This document shows, piece after piece, positions 49,948 to 62,860 of a stretch of 64,000 nt of DNA; the stretch's first letter is position 1, and every line of letters begins with the position of its first letter. The stretch comes from Vermamoeba vermiformis. Taxonomy: Eukaryota. Below the pieces are notes generated by a model. That model saw only the letters and a program-made list of their open reading frames with translations, was not told where the DNA came from and ran no database searches. The DNA lies in the NCBI GenBank assembly GCA_045837725.1, contig JBEWZL010000232.1:1-64000 (forward strand), read 5' to 3'. The position numbers were made by a program, and so were the translations under genes.

Positions 49948-52900
49948 ATGAGTTCGAGCAGCGGTGAAGACACGCTGTCTCCTCTGGAAAGCAACAATAC
50001 GAACGTGAAATCTCCGACCTTAAGCAAACGTTCTGCATCGCCTGGCAAGACTCGATGGCGTCACTCGTCGGGCAGTAACGGCACTACTTCGAAGAATTCC
50101 GGATCCAAATCCAAGCGCAGTTCGCTTTCTTTTGGCAAGCAAGACGCTTTGGAAGCTCTTCGAGAGGTAAGTACATCAAAATAACTGGTAAATTACGCGT
50201 AAATTATGGAATTCGGCCTGTCAGATCGAAATGACACAAGCATTGCAAGTATTTCACGTGTAATAATTTACTCTATTTCGGGCATTTATTTTTCATGAAA
50301 CTTAAAATGTGTAAAGTTTCCGAGCTGATAGTACTTCTTTGTAGCTGGAAGATGACGATGCACCGCCTCTGGACTCCACCCGATCGGTAAGTCATTCCAC
50401 GGAAGTTAAGTTTTTCCACCGGATCTGATCACATCCGCAGAGCTCCGAAGCAGTATGGCGCGAGAAGAATGGAAAGGTGGTCATAGTACGGGCTCAGATA
50501 CCCTTCTTGGTCCGAAGTTTACTAGCCGATAACTCAGGTATATAACAGCAGCGGAACAAAAAGTTTACCTTTACTGAATCTGACACGGACTTTCAATTCC
50601 AGATCAGAATTACCTCGAATACTTCTTATCCACCTACGACTACTTCCTGGACACTATTTATCTGTTGCAAATGCTTATTGACATGTAAGTACATACTAAA
50701 GTATCTTTACCTCATTCGGAGATATATTTTCATCTGATAAATTTTAACCTCCGCTACTTAAGGTACCACTCTCCGCCGGATATCGGTACTGCCGCAGCAG
50801 ATGACTTGGACGCATTAGGTTCTAAGGTCATCATCCAATTAAGGTAAGTCGTCTTGAAAGCTTTGTACCGACGGATGCGATCCGGTACTAACGCCATGTA
50901 TTTCAGAATCATCAATGTTTTAAAGAAGATTGGCGACCTTAAATACAACACTTACAAAGATGACCAGCGCTGGTTGGCTATCTTCTCTAAGTTCATCGGT
51001 ACTCTTGAAGCTGGTTCCGAGATCGAGCGAAGTTGCGCTTTACGACTCAAGATCTTTGCTGTAAGTCCTTTCATACATTCATTGGTGTCATATATTAACG
51101 GTGTATATAGTCAAACAGGTCTAATATCGGTACATTTGTTACGCCATTTCCGAAGTTCAATCCTGCGAAAGGTGCAGAATTCGACTTTTTGATGGCGGAT
51201 CCGAAAGCCATTGCCAAGCAACTTTGCTTGCTTGACTTGAAATTGATTAAGGCCATACCAGTAGAAGAGTTGCATCATAAACGATTCGAAGAAAAGTCGT
51301 CTAACGCATCCACTGTCAAGACAAACATGGCTAAAGCGGTGGACAACTTCAATCAAGTAAGACTTACTATGACTGTTTTAATATAGCGAGACCATAATAA
51401 TTGTTATTTAGACGAGTTTTTGGTTGGCTTCATATTTCTTTGTCACCGACAACCCGAAGGATCGATTGCAGATCTTGTGCAAGTACATCCAGATCATGGA
51501 CTACTGTTTGCACTACAATAACTACAATGGCGTCATGAAAATCTTCTCGGCTCTCAATATGACGCCTGTTTCTAGTCTCGCTAACTACTGGAGCGAATTG
51601 CCTCCCGAGTTTGCCGCCATCTGGGAACGAATCCAACAGGTTATGAATCACAGTCATAACTACAAGAGCTATCGTGAGATGCTTGAAAAAGCTAAACCTC
51701 CGTGCCTACCCTACTTAGGTAATTCTAAATATAGATTTATGTGGATTAAAAAAATTACTAACTCGATCGATGCATAAGGATTGATCCTCCGTGATTTGAT
51801 TTACATCGAAGAACTGGATGATAAGGTCGGCGATATGGTTAACTGGGAGAAGATGCATTTACTAGGCAAGACCTTCAGCACCTTCACTAAGTTCCAGAGG
51901 CAGATCTTCGCCTTCGAAGAAGATCCGGTGATCTTGAACTTCTTCGGCGACATTTCTGGCAGCAAAGGCGTCCTCTTCGACGAAGCTGTATTATATGAGA
52001 TTAGCAGGGAAGCCAAGGCTGACGTAGTCAAGTGTAAGTTGATATCATTATAACGCGAGTTGGAATCCGAATCTGATCCGTTCAATTTTTAGCTTCACCT
52101 CCTACACTTCAAATGACGAATGGTCCGTCTAGCGGAGGCAGAAGTAAACTAACTTCTTCAAGCGACTCTGCAGCAAGCAGTCCTAAAGGCCGCGACAAGC
52201 GAGTCGGAAGTTTTAGCCGATCCACGCCGCAGTACAACTTCACCGACACCGGTAGCGAGATCTCAGACAGTGAAATCTCTACGAGTGAAACCAACGACTA
52301 CTCTATGGACTGGGAGGACGAGACATCGTTTAGTTCATTGATGGAGGCCAATGCTTCGTCCACAAGCATGTCGACTTCGAACACATCCAGATCCGAAAAG
52401 AGCCGAACGGATTATACGTACCACTTGCCTTTTTGGGTAAAGAAGCGAGAAGTCACGACTCTTGACGGTCAAAAGGTCTTATTAGGAGACATATTCGAGA
52501 AATCTACGGTTGTATTCGTTTTGTTGAGACAATTCGGGTGGTAAGTTTGAACTCAGATCACGCTTAGGTATGGTATTAATTTCTGCTTAGATTGTTGTGC
52601 AGGAAGTCAGCCAATGAGCTGGCTCAAGTCAAACCATTCTTCGACTTACTGTAAGTACCGGACAAACTGCGGATGTGGCAATACTTAAATTTTATTAGTG
52701 GGGTGAAGTTAGTCGCGATTGGTAGCGGTACTCCTGCAATGGCTCGAGATTTCAAAGAAGAACGAGGATTCTCGGGCGAGATCTACGTCGATCAGTCCAA
52801 GCAGATCTACGACGACTTCAACTGCACTCGCGGTTGGAAGAACGCTTTGTTCAACTCTAAGACCTTAAAGACCATCAAAAACGCTTTCAAAGAAGGCTAT

Positions 52901-53526
52901 GCTCAAGGTTCTACGCAAGGAGATATGTTGTAAGTTAGCGCGTACTGGATTACGAAATTTCCTTTTTCGCTGCAACGCGATTGGTCGGTTATTTTCAGCT
53001 CTTACTGAATTGTTTCTTAGGCAAAATGGAGGAACATTCATTCTCAAGGACTTCCGTGTTATCTACGAGCATATCGAAAAGTTCGCTGGTGACCATGCGG
53101 ATGTGATCCAGTTGCTTCAAATCGTTGGTGCGGATCAAGGCCTAATCGAACGAGTTTACTTAGAAACACCAAAACTCCGCAAGAAAAAGGTACGAAACTC
53201 GTAATACTCCTTAGAAATAGATTACTAATGTTTATTTAATCCAGGCTAAGCTTGAAAGGAAAATTGAGAAATACCAGCGCAAGCTCAACTCGATTACTGA
53301 AGACTTGGAAGCTCAACCTACGAGCTCATTAAGCAAGTCTTTGGACCATCCTCCTCGTGCGTCTTCTGACAGCAAGTTCGCGGAATTGATCGCGAAAAGG
53401 AAACGCAAGAGCGAACAAAAGAAAAAAGAGCGCGAAGAGACGATAAAGTCCAAGCTTCAGACTTACACCAAGCAACGAGAAGAGCTCGAACCTGGTCTTA
53501 AAGCGGGTAGCCTCGTAGAGGAATAA
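49948..53526 (+). CDS. RasGEF (REM + CDC25) fused to a SelU/PRXL2-like (AhpC-TSA_2) domain; predicted selenoprotein with UxxC motif
   Basis: RasGEF: IAKQLCLLD, NNYNGVMKIFSALN, NYKSYRE, PCLPYLGLILRDL, VNWEK. In-frame junction at 52033|52093. Redox domain VFVLLRQFG-U-LLCRK...GVKLVAIGSG...IYVD...QGDMLQNGGTF...GDH. The UGA is TG(52539-52540)|A(52591). Confidence 0.88.
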
Positions 53527-53635
53527 GAACCGAACATCAAAGTTTTGCGTTGAATAATAGCAAGGGACCTAAAGACAGCTCAAATCACCCGTGAGCGAGT
53601 TTTTTTGTCCTGATCGGATCTAGTGCGCGAACGGA

Positions 53636-53721
53636 TCTATCAAAATTGGCGTGAAGTCCTATGCGACAACTCCGAATATCAAAAGGAGCAGCATATGGTA
53701 CTGATATTATGTTTTGGTAGA
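53636..53721 (+). promoter_or_regulatory. Eukaryotic SECIS element (type II, GUGA_AA_GA) in the 3' UTR
   Basis: Helix I TCTATCAAAAT/GTTTTGGTAGA (11 bp incl. G-U). Core GTGAA(53651)/TGAT(53702). Helix II GTCCTATGC/GCATATGGTAC with two bulges. Apical AA at 53668-53669 and mini-helix CTCC/GGAG. About 110 nt after the stop codon. Confidence 0.82.
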
Positions 53722-53980
53722 ACTGTCGTGGACTGATCTGGTCCGCTACAAATGACGGCAAATTTTTGTTAGTTTTATTTCGAAACGAATTTTGTAAATA
53801 GCCTATGTACATAAAAAAAGCTCATTTCAATGTCTGTCAGAGATTATTATATTTCAGCTGTCCAACATTAAATCGTCGAAAAGCCTCGGAAATGGCCATT
53901 CGCAGATCTAGCAACAATAACTGTTTTTATGTACAAATTTACAAAGTTTAAGATTGATACGAGTGATGATATTACCGTCA

Positions 53981-56394
53981 TTAAATATCTACCACTTCGT
54001 ACTCTTCTTCGTCATCGCTTTCTTTGTCTTGATCCGCGTTAGATTCAGGTTTGTTGGCGGCAATGAAGAGCTTGTTCAAGAAATGTGCCATGATCTGCAT
54101 ATTTCTCTCGAGTCTGTCGTCCATAATCTTCTTTTCTCGAGCAGTTGTAGCATAGCCAGCACCTTCTCGGATCACGACTTCAGTCTCCATATTGCCGTCG
54201 ACGAGGTGCGTGATGAACTGCACAGGCGTCAAATCGACATTAGGAAAGTTGTTCTTAATGACATCGACACCAGTGTTGAACGCGTGTTTGATCTCGCCAG
54301 TGGTGTCTTTGACTTTAATCGACAACTCTTTGGTGCAATTCCATACGACATTTTTCATCAAGGACTCATCATCTAAGCATCATATATTAGTATACTACGC
54401 TTTATACGAACATAAGGATGCTATTTTCTTACTGAAATGGACTTTGATGGCCGTGCTGTTATCGAGTTGCATGGTAAAGATAGGCACGAAGACGTTCAGT
54501 GTGACATTGCTGCATTCAATCATCTCGAGTGTGCTCGTCAAGACAGCGGCATTGATATTCAATACAACGTTGTCACATCGCTCTGTAAAGTGATAACGTT
54601 AGTAAAAGTGCACGGGTAGATCCGGATCCAAAAATGACTTACCTAGGACCAACTTTGTGCACTTCTTATTGAGGTCAAATACGGAGTTCTTGCATTCTTT
54701 AAGATAGACAAGGTCTTTAAAGCTAAATCCTTCAATTTTCATCTTTTGATCGTTCTCCTGATCTACGAAAAAAATTCCTCGACGCGAGATCTTGCGAACA
54801 GGTGGGGCAGGTAAGTCACCAATAGAGCTCGGTTGATTATCGTTTTCTAGCTTAGGGTTGGCCCTAGCTTGCTTAATTTCATCGATTTTTTGTAGCTGGA
54901 ACTCGTTGATCTGTTCTGCAGTGCGTAAACTGTGCTCGATGCCGGTAGGTGTTTTGGCGAGCGGATCGAGCTTCAATTCTTGCAGTAACAGCGTCATGAA
55001 GTCATCAGTAGTGCATCTGACAACAGTAGAAGCAAGAGAGTCATCTAAAAGATTGGTTAATTAATCGGATCTCGATCGGGTAAATTCTTCGCTGAAATTG
55101 TGATTTGATTGCAATTTGAGTGCAATTAATGAAAATAGTAAAAAATATATATGCCACTTACATGGAGTCTTTTGTAGATTGACAATAATCATTTTGCCGT
55201 CTTTTTCAGTGCAGTACAGAGGCAGTTGGCAAGCCGGTTTTACGCGCATGGATGTGCCCATGACGAGCGTCAAATCAGCCGCATTTGAAGCAGTAATAGC
55301 GTCACTGAGTTCCTTTTCGGGTAAGTTCTCACCAAAGTTAATAATAGTGTTCACTGAAAAAGAAAAAGTTGGTTAGATCCTGTCCGGTACAACGAGAACT
55401 TTCAGACCGTAAAATTTCAGTCAAAAGACTTTAGCGTCATTTTTAGTTATCTATACTCTTAATATTACTTTAAAGCGATAACTTACTGAGATCACCGTCG
55501 CATCCAGGTTGCTCGCACTTATTTCCAGTCGCGTGACCTCGTCCCTTGCAGACGTTGTGGTCGCGCAGGAATTCAGTATTGCACTTTCTGCATCGCTCCA
55601 AATAAGCATTGCCGTGGAGCTCAGACAACTATAGCATGTTTTAGTCATATATGATAATTAGTCTATACGAGGATGAAGTACCTTTTCCCTAGGGAACCCG
55701 GATCTCATGTGCAGCCCATCAGTGTTAGTACTAACGAGATACTTAACGATACCAAGCTTCTCTAATTGAACGAGGGTCATATGGCAGACCTAAATAATTG
55801 GCAGAGTTAGCGTTTGCCTAAATCAGCTACAAAAACAAATCTACTTACAGTCGGATGCAGATCTTCTAACCTCTTATTAAAATTGGGCTTTGATCCTTTA
55901 GCAGCTAATGTCCATACGCCTTGTGGTCCTCGGAAATCAGGCAAGCTGGTCGAAGTGGAAACACCAGCGCCAGTGTACACCACAATATTCTTAGCTGCGC
56001 GCATCAATTCTGCAACTTTCTTCACCTATATATTATTAAATAATAAAATTAATAAAAATTCGGCAAGCAAGAATTTGCGATCTGAACTTTATGCTCAGAT
56101 GACCGAAGACTCACCTTTTGATGAAGAGTTTCAGGCTCATCATAATATTCTGTAATATCCTCGCCAGGGTTATGAGCGTAACGGCCTCCAGGTAATGCAG
56201 GAGGTTTCACAGCCACATCTCGTCGTTCAACCTGAAGTCAATTTCAGTTAGAAAATTGTAGAATAATTAAAATTAAATTTTTTTAGTTGAATAATATTAT
56301 TAGTAGTTGATTGATAGTAAAGGCTTACCGTATTGACTGACTTTAAATATTTTTTATCAAATCCGACAAGTTCTCCAAGCAAGCCACTCTCCAT
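53981..56394 (-). CDS. Class IV (SIRT6/7-like) sirtuin with N-terminal WH2/thymosin-like motif and C-terminal CAP_C-like domain
   Basis: [36 protein letters not shown], CxxC..CxxxxC Zn site, [26 protein letters not shown]; then L.ECKNS/ERCDNV beta-helix-like repeats and QFIT..V.G...TE.V.REG.GY.TT.RE. Confidence 0.85.
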
Positions 56395-57399
56395 TTTGTA
56401 ATTTGTTATATTCACCGTTCAAAATTATTAAAAATAAAAGAGTTGACTGCCGCCATTTTATTGTACAGCTCTTCGTGGGCACGTGTTGGATTCATTCGGG
56501 CAAATTCTACGAAATAACGCGAACTGACGAAGCTAAGACCAGTTCAATTGTTAGGAAGACTGGAATTCTATATCAAAGATCATTCAGGAAAGGTTGCAAG
56601 GAGCTGTACCGCCAACTTACTTACGCATTGTTGCCAAACTCGGTAATTGTGGATAGAATAGACTAATTAGGACACAGTGGATTGTACTCCTCGGAGATGT
56701 AGCCTCTTTTGAACTTTACTCGCTAATGAATGCATCGTGGTTGTACGAGCCTTGTCGTGCTACCTCTTTCTGTACCCAGGGTGAGGTTGTACGATGAAAA
56801 AGACAAAAAGACTTCCAGGTTTGAGCAAAATAGCAATATGGACCAATTACATGGCAATATAGTGTTAGCCGACACAACGGACAGCAAACGACAAGTAGTA
56901 CAACATCAACCAATCAATCTCCTTTAAAGGAGATTTTTTCTAAAAATGGATCTCTGTTCCTGGGTGTTCTTTTTTCCTGTCGCGCCAGTTTAATTAAATC
57001 TGTGCGAACGAGCCAACCACCACCATATTAATATAGATTTTATATCGGTTCTCACCAAAAGGCTATAATAGGTATTGAAAGTAACTTGCCTGCGGATCAA
57101 TCCAAGCGGGAGGAAGGAATTACCCGCGGAGATATAATAGCGTCTATTAGTGCATCAATAATAGTGGTTTCATATTCAAATAATCCATATTGAATTGATT
57201 CTATAATTATCTCCAAGGATCTTCTGGAATCTGTTTTCAATTTAAATTTGGAGTTAAACAAGCACTTATAATTATAACTAATACTGCGGCACGCTAGATT
57301 TTAAATTTGTTGAATTTCCACGGCTGTGTCACGCCACTTTAACGCCCCCAAAATACAATTTACGAAAATAATGCTAACCGATTATATTTAATAGGCACT

Positions 57400-60300
57400 A
57401 TGGAGAGCCTGAAGTGTGGATGGTTGAAATTTTATCGCGTATTTGATTCTGAATCGCGCGACGAAGTTAAGAAAGATATTCAAAGGCACTGGTTCATCTT
57501 GCGGCCTGACGGACTTTTGTTTCACTCAAAGGAAAAGGCAAAGGTATTTATAATAGAAAGTTACAGTGGATCGACAATACGCAATTTTAATTATAATTAA
57601 TTGGGACCACAAAGGTCATCTCTAAACCCGATCAAAAAAAGTTTTAAATTTCAACCTTAATAATAATATCATTTTAGATTGAATCGTACGGAAGTTATGT
57701 AAAAGTAGCCAGTTTCGATACAATCACCGATAGCGATGAAGAGTTTGGATTCGTTGGATGTATGCTAACGAACAAGGTAAAAAAGAAGATATTTATCATA
57801 ATCATTATTAGCATTGAGCATTTAATATAATTTGGTAATTTATCGATGACGTTTTCATTAATGAATAGGAGCAAGGTCCGAATTTAATACGCTTCAAATT
57901 TTCTTTGATTGCCAATTTTATCAAGCGGGATCGGCATTCACAAATATTTAATTTTTACGATCAAATATGAGCTAATCATAATTACGAAAGCTGTCATATT
58001 ATTTCATCGGCGCATCCGAAGAAGAACGACAAGAATGGATGAAAGCGTTACACAACCCGTCCTTTGCGGAACAAGAAGAAAATAAGGTACCGCATATTAT
58101 TATTAATATACTCATATATAGTCATATATAGCCCTATTTTATTATTTTAAAATCTATGTATCCCCATATGTGTATTTTAATCCCGATCTTCTTTTGCCCT
58201 AACAGTTCTCACTGAAAAAGAAACTCCAAAACAATCCATCGATTGATATTCAAAAATCTGATGACGAAGTATTAACGCCGAAAGACGGCGCATTGACCAA
58301 TCGTAAACAAGCCAAGTTATTGGGCTCAACTTCGGAGTCGTTCCTTCACCGAACACGAACTGTTAAAGACCCACAGTCGACTATTAGAACGTTGTACTCG
58401 TTATATGTGAAGAGTAAGATAATATTAGGCGATATATAACAAACGAGATTATTAACCTGTGGAAATTAAAGTGAGCGAGGCGAGAAATCTCAAGGGAATC
58501 AGGATCTCGAACAAAGGAGAAATTATCAAGTCAGATACGCCCAATCCTTATGCTTCGCTCGGGTTAGAGCACGCATGGGAACGAACACAAACGATAGCAA
58601 AGTCAGACGGACCTCTCTGGGCCGAGGAATTTCATCTGTAAGTACCACTCTGACACGTGTACTTTGACCCGTTCTAACGTCCTTACAGTGAGGTCGAGAA
58701 CCCTGATGTCTCGGCATTGACGGTATACGTGTGGGACGAAAACAAGAACTCGAAGGACCGCGTGATTGGCAAGTTGACACTGCCAATTAAACAGGTCAAA
58801 GAGGACGTTAAACAAGAGGATTGGTATCCACTTACATTCGTGCCAAGTGCATCAGTAGCCACTGGTGATATTCACGTGCGAATTGAATTCCCGAAGGGCG
58901 GTGCTATGATCTTGTTTACTGGTACGTAAACTGCTAATTTTAAATTAATTAATGCGTTCAGTGAACCACGAACCTAACGAATTATTTTTAATATTTTAGT
59001 CGTGGAAGGTCGAAATGTTTGCAATCATATTCATTCTTGTAAGTAATGCGAGATTCTGGCGAGACAATCTTTACCGGATCTACCGATGTTTTCTGGATCT
59101 AATTCTTATTTTTAGCGCAAGATTTGGTCGTTAAAGTGACCTATGGCAAGTCGCAATTGTTTAAGACCAAGACCTTGCATAAGACTCTCAATCCTGATTG
59201 GAACGAAACTTTCCAACTGTAAGCCGGATCAGGTCTAAAAATAGTGTGGGCCACAATACTAATTTTGGCATAGGAAATTCGAGCCAATGTCAAAAGAGGT
59301 CCTATTGCAAGTCGTAAAAGTTGGCACATCCAAGTTGAACGTACGTTTTACAAACTTTGGACCTCCTGCCGATAAATATTTATTAATTTTTTTTTCTTTA
59401 GCCCAAGTCCTCTTTATTAGGACAAGTCCGCATTCCTATCGAAAGAGTCGTAGAGTCCCGCTACATTGATGAATGGTATATCTTGGAGCCCGATATGGAT
59501 GAGGCGCTCAAGGAGTTAGATCTGGTTAAAAATAAGTTCTCCCTAATGGACGAAAAATTCGGCGATATCCGACTAACGCTTAGTCTTTCCGTAAGATATC
59601 ATAATATCGGCGTACAAAATTTAAACTAATTTTCCTTATTTAGAAATCACTTGTTTTGCCATTAGCGCATTACGACGATCTGATTCAATTGCTCTTAACT
59701 GACCCTTGGGGCTGCGTGCAGATCTTAGAAAAGACTGCCGCAAAAGAGCACCGAGATAGAGTGGCAAATATGATCGTGCGTATTTACGAAGCCCGAAACC
59801 AGTACGTATTCCGGATGTACCTTTTATGAAACGTGACACTGATGCAATTTGCTTACTAGGGCGCCCACTATCATTAAGAACCTTATTTCGCACGAAGTTG
59901 AAGAAGCTCATGACGTAGAAACTTTGTTCCGTGCCAACTCAATCGGATCCAAGGCGTTCGATATGTATATGAAGATGTGCGGCTTCCACTTCTTGTACGA
60001 CATTATTCATCCGACTGTAGCACAAATTTACGACGAAAAGAGGAGTATGGAGGTGAGTATCGATATTTCCGTTTCAATTTCAGATTTGGATGCGGCTTCG
60101 CAAGAACAAAAAAATCTGAATAATTTTTTTTAATAATAGGTCGATCCTTCTAAAATGGATAAAGGAGATGACGCTAAGAAGAATTTCAAACGACTCACCA
60201 CAATTTTGGATCAGCTGCTACAAAAAATTTATGCCTCAGCAGATCTCTGCCCTACGTAAGTTGCAAAAACTCAACATAAGTGCAATATGAAGCTCATAGT

Positions 60301-61362
60301 ATACTGTTATTAGCTCCTTGCGAGAAATTTTTGCGCATCTGTCGAAAGAAGTCAGCAGGCGGTTCCCTCAAGAGCCTAACATCAAATACATTGGTGTTAG
60401 CGGCTTCTTGTTTTTGCGATTCATTTGTGCAGCTATTTTAGGTCCTAAGCTATTCTCTATTATGCCTGGTAAGTTTACCTAAGCGAGTTTTATTTCTCGT
60501 GTACTGGATGCTGATCTTGGATTTCGATAGACCATCCTGAGTCTAAGGTCGCTAAAACATTGACCTTGATCGCTAAGACTGTCCAAAAGATAGCTAGCAT
60601 GGTCCCTGCCAATCCTCCAAGCACCGATCCGATCTTAGCTGAGTTGGATCAATACGTGGAGAAGCAACAAGAAAAGATGAAGAAATATATCGATGTTATT
60701 ACAGTACGTATTCCGTATTGATAAGCATTATAGTACTAATTGCGGTTTTAATAGACTGAAAGCGACAATCATGTTTTCAATCCTGCGAGCGTTGATATGG
60801 GCAAGGAGATCTCATCGTTAGTCGAGTACCTCAAAGAACAAAAAGAACCAATTGCCAACCTTTCGCGAGATAAGGACGAGGTAAGCGTTAAATAAGCCAT
60901 AGAAGTCATATCAACTATGTACTTACCGTGCGGCAGGTCGTCGCATCTATGGCCACGCGCATCCAACATCTTGTCACTGAATTGGGCAATAGAGCGCAAG
61001 AAATTACGCCAAGAGATGACTCATCGAGCCTTGACAAGAGCGAGGACCAAGAAGAGAGCTCAGAAAAACACTCCGGCAGCAGCACTCCTGGATTAGTCAA
61101 GTCGAAATCCGTGACCGATGCTTCTGACGAGAGACGGAGTAAGAGATTGAGCGTTGGTTCGTCGGGCGATTTTTCAGGCCAAAGCCCGATATCCAGCGCA
61201 TTGGCTGGTAGTAAAGCCAAGAAGTTCTTTGGTGATGTTGGAGCTGCAACAGTTAGTAGCTCTCCTCCTGGAAAATCAGCGAAAGAAAAGAAAGAAAAAC
61301 GAAGAAAATCGAGCTCGCATCACCGAGATGAAAAGAAGATCAATGAAGAAAAAGAAAAATAA
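57400..61362 (+). CDS. RasGAP with PH and two C2 domains; 5' end uncertain
   Basis: PH: GWL..RHWFIL...EEERQEWM. C2: VSEARNL..PNPY, KTLNPDWNETF. GAP: TLFRANS, EVDPSK, VSGFLFLRFICAAILGP, TLTLIAK. Confidence 0.88.
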
Positions 61363-61591
61363 TCAAAATAATATTTGATCTGATCCCTCTCTTGTTGTCA
61401 TTAGTAACCCCGTACTTGTATAATCAAACGTATTTATAAATATAATGAAGAAATTATATCAGTTTGTATTTCTTCTATTCTTGAATTACTGGCCATGAAA
61501 TTGACTTGTAACCTTAGATCTGCTGAGTATGACATACGGCACTACTGCTTTTTAAATCATTACACTGACTATTATTTTATAACATTCCGAT

Positions 61592-62860
61592 ATGGCAAAG
61601 CAAAATTCAGCGAGACAAAGGCTAATAACCATCGTCATTTCGGCGATCAGCGGATCTATCTTTACTGCAGTAATTGCAGCAATAGTTATCATTTCAACTC
61701 AATCAAACCTACTAGAGAATGCGAATATGAAAGAGGATGCTTCTCAAAATGAAAACTCAACGCCACATCCGGTCGATGACGCGCAAATCCGGATAGAAAA
61801 TCTGACACTACCCTCTTCGCAGCAGTTATTCAATGACGTATTGGTAGTACTACATTTCAATACACCTCGTTATAATCATTTACCGATATTACTTGAACAC
61901 TACGGTAAAGTTTTCAAAAACATTATCGTTTGCGGTCAACAACCGCATCCAATGGTTGATTATGTCTGTACAAAAGGTAAAGTTCAAATATTAGTAGATA
62001 TATCGATTTACTAAATTTCATTCATTTAGACCAAGTCAAAAATGGTGGTCATTTAATGTACGGATGCGTAGCTGACATCATGGAGACGTATCCTAATTAC
62101 GCTGGATACTTCTCATTCCACTTTGATTTGCTTGTGAATTACTGGAAATTCAACAACTTCGATAAAAACAAAGCTTGGATCTCGTACACGAACGACAACA
62201 GTGGACCACATCCACTCTCGAAATTTCCAAACGATAGTACGAAGCCATGTAAGCACTCATACAAATCGCTTGATCATAGCGTTCTATATTATAGTAATTA
62301 CCTATTTTAAAGCTGGATGGTACTGGTGGGGCACAAAATGGGGACTCGCAGCTTGTCGTAAAGCTATGAAAGAGCTGCCTCAACAATATAAAGACAAATT
62401 AATAGCTAGTTATGGCGCTAATGATGTTATATGGCGCGGTAAGGCAATTTGATAAGAATATTGAATGTGTGAACTGCATCCAACGTTTGAAATTTAGGGA
62501 TGGGGGATCTGTTCTACATACCTCAACGGATGAGACCCGAATTCGTGTCATTAACTCGCTTGTTCGTTAAGAGTGAAGTTTTTCTTGAAATAGCTATTCC
62601 TACTATCCCCATAATCTTGGAAGCTCCAAGTGCGCCATTGAATCTAACTGGTAAAGCATTAAAAATTTATTTCATTCACTAGTTTCGGTTCAATTAAGCG
62701 TATATTAATACCTTTTATAGGCGATTTTGATTGGTGGAGCCGACGCTTCGAGCAGTATTGGAAGCCAGAGTACCAGTTCGCACATCCCTTCAGGTTTCAT
62801 GAATACGGCATGTACGCTAAATTTGGAGATATTATGAAACTAGGATACGCCGCAAAATAA
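61592..62860 (+). CDS. Type II membrane protein, STELLO/DUF288 C-terminal-like (putative glycosylation protein)
   Basis: N-terminal TM; DVLVVLHFN.P, F.NII.CG, Y.CV......PNY.GY, WYWW, DLFYIP, VFLEIAIPT, HPF. Confidence 0.65.

Noticed and set aside
52541-52567. Upstream alternative acceptor (CTTAG at 52567) that avoids the UGA
   Set aside because: It gives a 27-nt intron and a frameshift.
56403-57000. Short ORFs between the sirtuin and RasGAP genes
   Set aside because: No recognisable motifs; likely promoter/UTR or unresolved RasGAP 5' exons.
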